In this document: positions 32,744-33,597 of the stretch, piece after piece
Layout: each line of letters opens with the position of its first letter
Position numbering within the stretch: position 1 is the stretch's first letter
IMG/VR virus record: IMGVR_UViG_3300020043_005122
Span: 1-33,597 of that record
DNA length: 33,597 nt
DNA from: a virus
Lineage: Duplodnaviria; Caudoviricetes
Direction: 5' to 3' (one strand)
Notes under the pieces: generated by a model
Seen by the model: the letters and a program-made list of their open reading frames with translations, nothing else
Databases searched by the model: none
What the model was told of the DNA's origin: nothing
Program-made: the position numbers and the translations under genes

Positions 32744-33597
32744 TAGATATTGTAAAACTTGCGAACGGCAATGTAGCTATTTATGATTCGACTTCGGGCG
32801 ATTTCATTAACAGCCTTAGCCCCGATATAGTAGAAATAGAATGCAACGTAAACGGCAGCGTTAAAGTTGTTCAAGATAATGGCAGCGTTGAATATATCGA
32901 CCCTACAAACGTAGCAAATACCGAAGTAGTACCAGCGGCACCAATACCATTTTCAGGTACATGCGCCGACTTAGCACAATTGTTAAGTACTGATTTTTTT
33001 TTTGTAGTTAGCGGCGGCGGTGCAACACCTACACTAACACAAGTTTTAACGGCGGGCGATTCTGCAGGTAGTTTAGATATTACTGATTTAAACTTATTGG
33101 ATTTTGACACGGCTACAACTTCAACAGTTAGCGCTGGTCAATTGGCATGGAATGATACTTTAGGCACTTTAAATTTAGGTCTTAAAGGTGGCAATACTAT
33201 TTCTAATTTAGGTCAGCATATTCATGCGCGTGTCGTAAACAAAACAACGCCATTAGTAAATTTAACTAAGGCAGGCTACGAAGTTGTAATAGTAGCAGGG
33301 GCAACAGGTCAAAGACTTTCGGTTAAACTTGCAAAGGCTGATAATGATGCAAACTCAGCAGGAACTCTCGGTGTTGTTTGTGAAAATATTGCAGGTAATC
33401 AAGAAGGTTTTATCTGCTCGGTTGGTCAGTTGACAAATATCAATACTACTGGTTCGCTTCAGGGTGAAACTTGGAATGATGGCGATTCGCTTTATTTAAG
33501 CCCTACTGTTTTTGGTGGCGTTACAAACGTAAAACCGAGCGCACCATTCCATGAGGTTCGAATTGGTTATGTCGAATATGCTCACGCTGTAAATGGC
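32740..33597 (+). CDS. Tail fibre-like protein, 3'-truncated by the window (not in the ORF track)
   Basis: ATG 32740 (ATGA overlap) is open to the window end: MIDIVKLANG...TDFFFVVSGGGATPTLTQVLTAG...GQLAWNDT.GTL.LGLKGG...GDSLYLSPT.FGG.TNVKP.AP.H.V.IG.V, a Gly/Thr-rich fibre-type sequence. Confidence 0.75.
   Translation, partial: MIDIVKLANGNVAIYDSTSGDFINSLSPDIVEIECNVNGSVKVVQDNGSVEYIDPTNVANTEVVPAAPIPFSGTCADLAQLLSTDFFFVVSGGGATPTLTQVLTAGDSAGSLDITDLNLLDFDTATTSTVSAGQLAWNDTLGTLNLGLKGGNTISNLGQHIHARVVNKTTPLVNLTKAGYEVVIVAGATGQRLSVKLAKADNDANSAGTLGVVCENIAGNQEGFICSVGQLTNINTTGSLQGETWNDGDSLYLSPTVFGGVTNVKPSAPFHEVRIGYVEYAHAVNG

Noticed and set aside
317-33110. Short ORFs nested in or antisense to long genes (317, 3411, 4003, 5526, 8452, 9114, 11587, 13840, 15862, 16011, 21853, 22883, 23368, 24042, 24383, 27131, 28641, 29666, 30292, 30766, 31589, 31943, 32635, 32871)
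   Set aside because: These are shadow frames overlapping well-supported genes, with no motifs or expression signals.

Overview
This is a 33.6-kb AT-rich segment of a tailed dsDNA phage genome with a siphovirus-like gene set. No integrase, tRNA or CRISPR array was seen. The host is probably Bacteroidota, inferred from repeated TAnnTTTG (-7) promoter boxes, A-rich starts without Shine-Dalgarno sequences, and a signal peptide followed by Gln. The left arm (minus strand) carries a Cro-like HTH, two SF2 helicases, an N4C/N6A methyltransferase, and a replication-initiator-like gene with internal 12-bp iterons and an in-frame TAA. The rightward genes are a RecE-like exonuclease, a Rad52/Sak-like annealase, KilA-N, a degenerate HNH, a 228-bp dyad-symmetric non-coding element with two IHF consensus sites, TerS, TerL and a metallophosphoesterase. 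An opposite-strand cassette follows, with a sigma70-family factor and a secreted SPOR-like protein. The virion module then appears in an unusual order: tail chaperone with a -1 frameshift, tape measure, spanin-like genes, tail proteins, major tail protein, portal, minor head protein, scaffold, major capsid, neck genes and a partial tail fibre. The most striking observation is a tape-measure gene split by a 561-bp, frame-preserving, two-gene insert bounded by TAAAAT direct repeats. The right end of that insert matches (23/25 nt, inverted) a gene junction in the nearby accessory cassette. All functional calls come from reading motifs and gene order by eye; no database searches were run.
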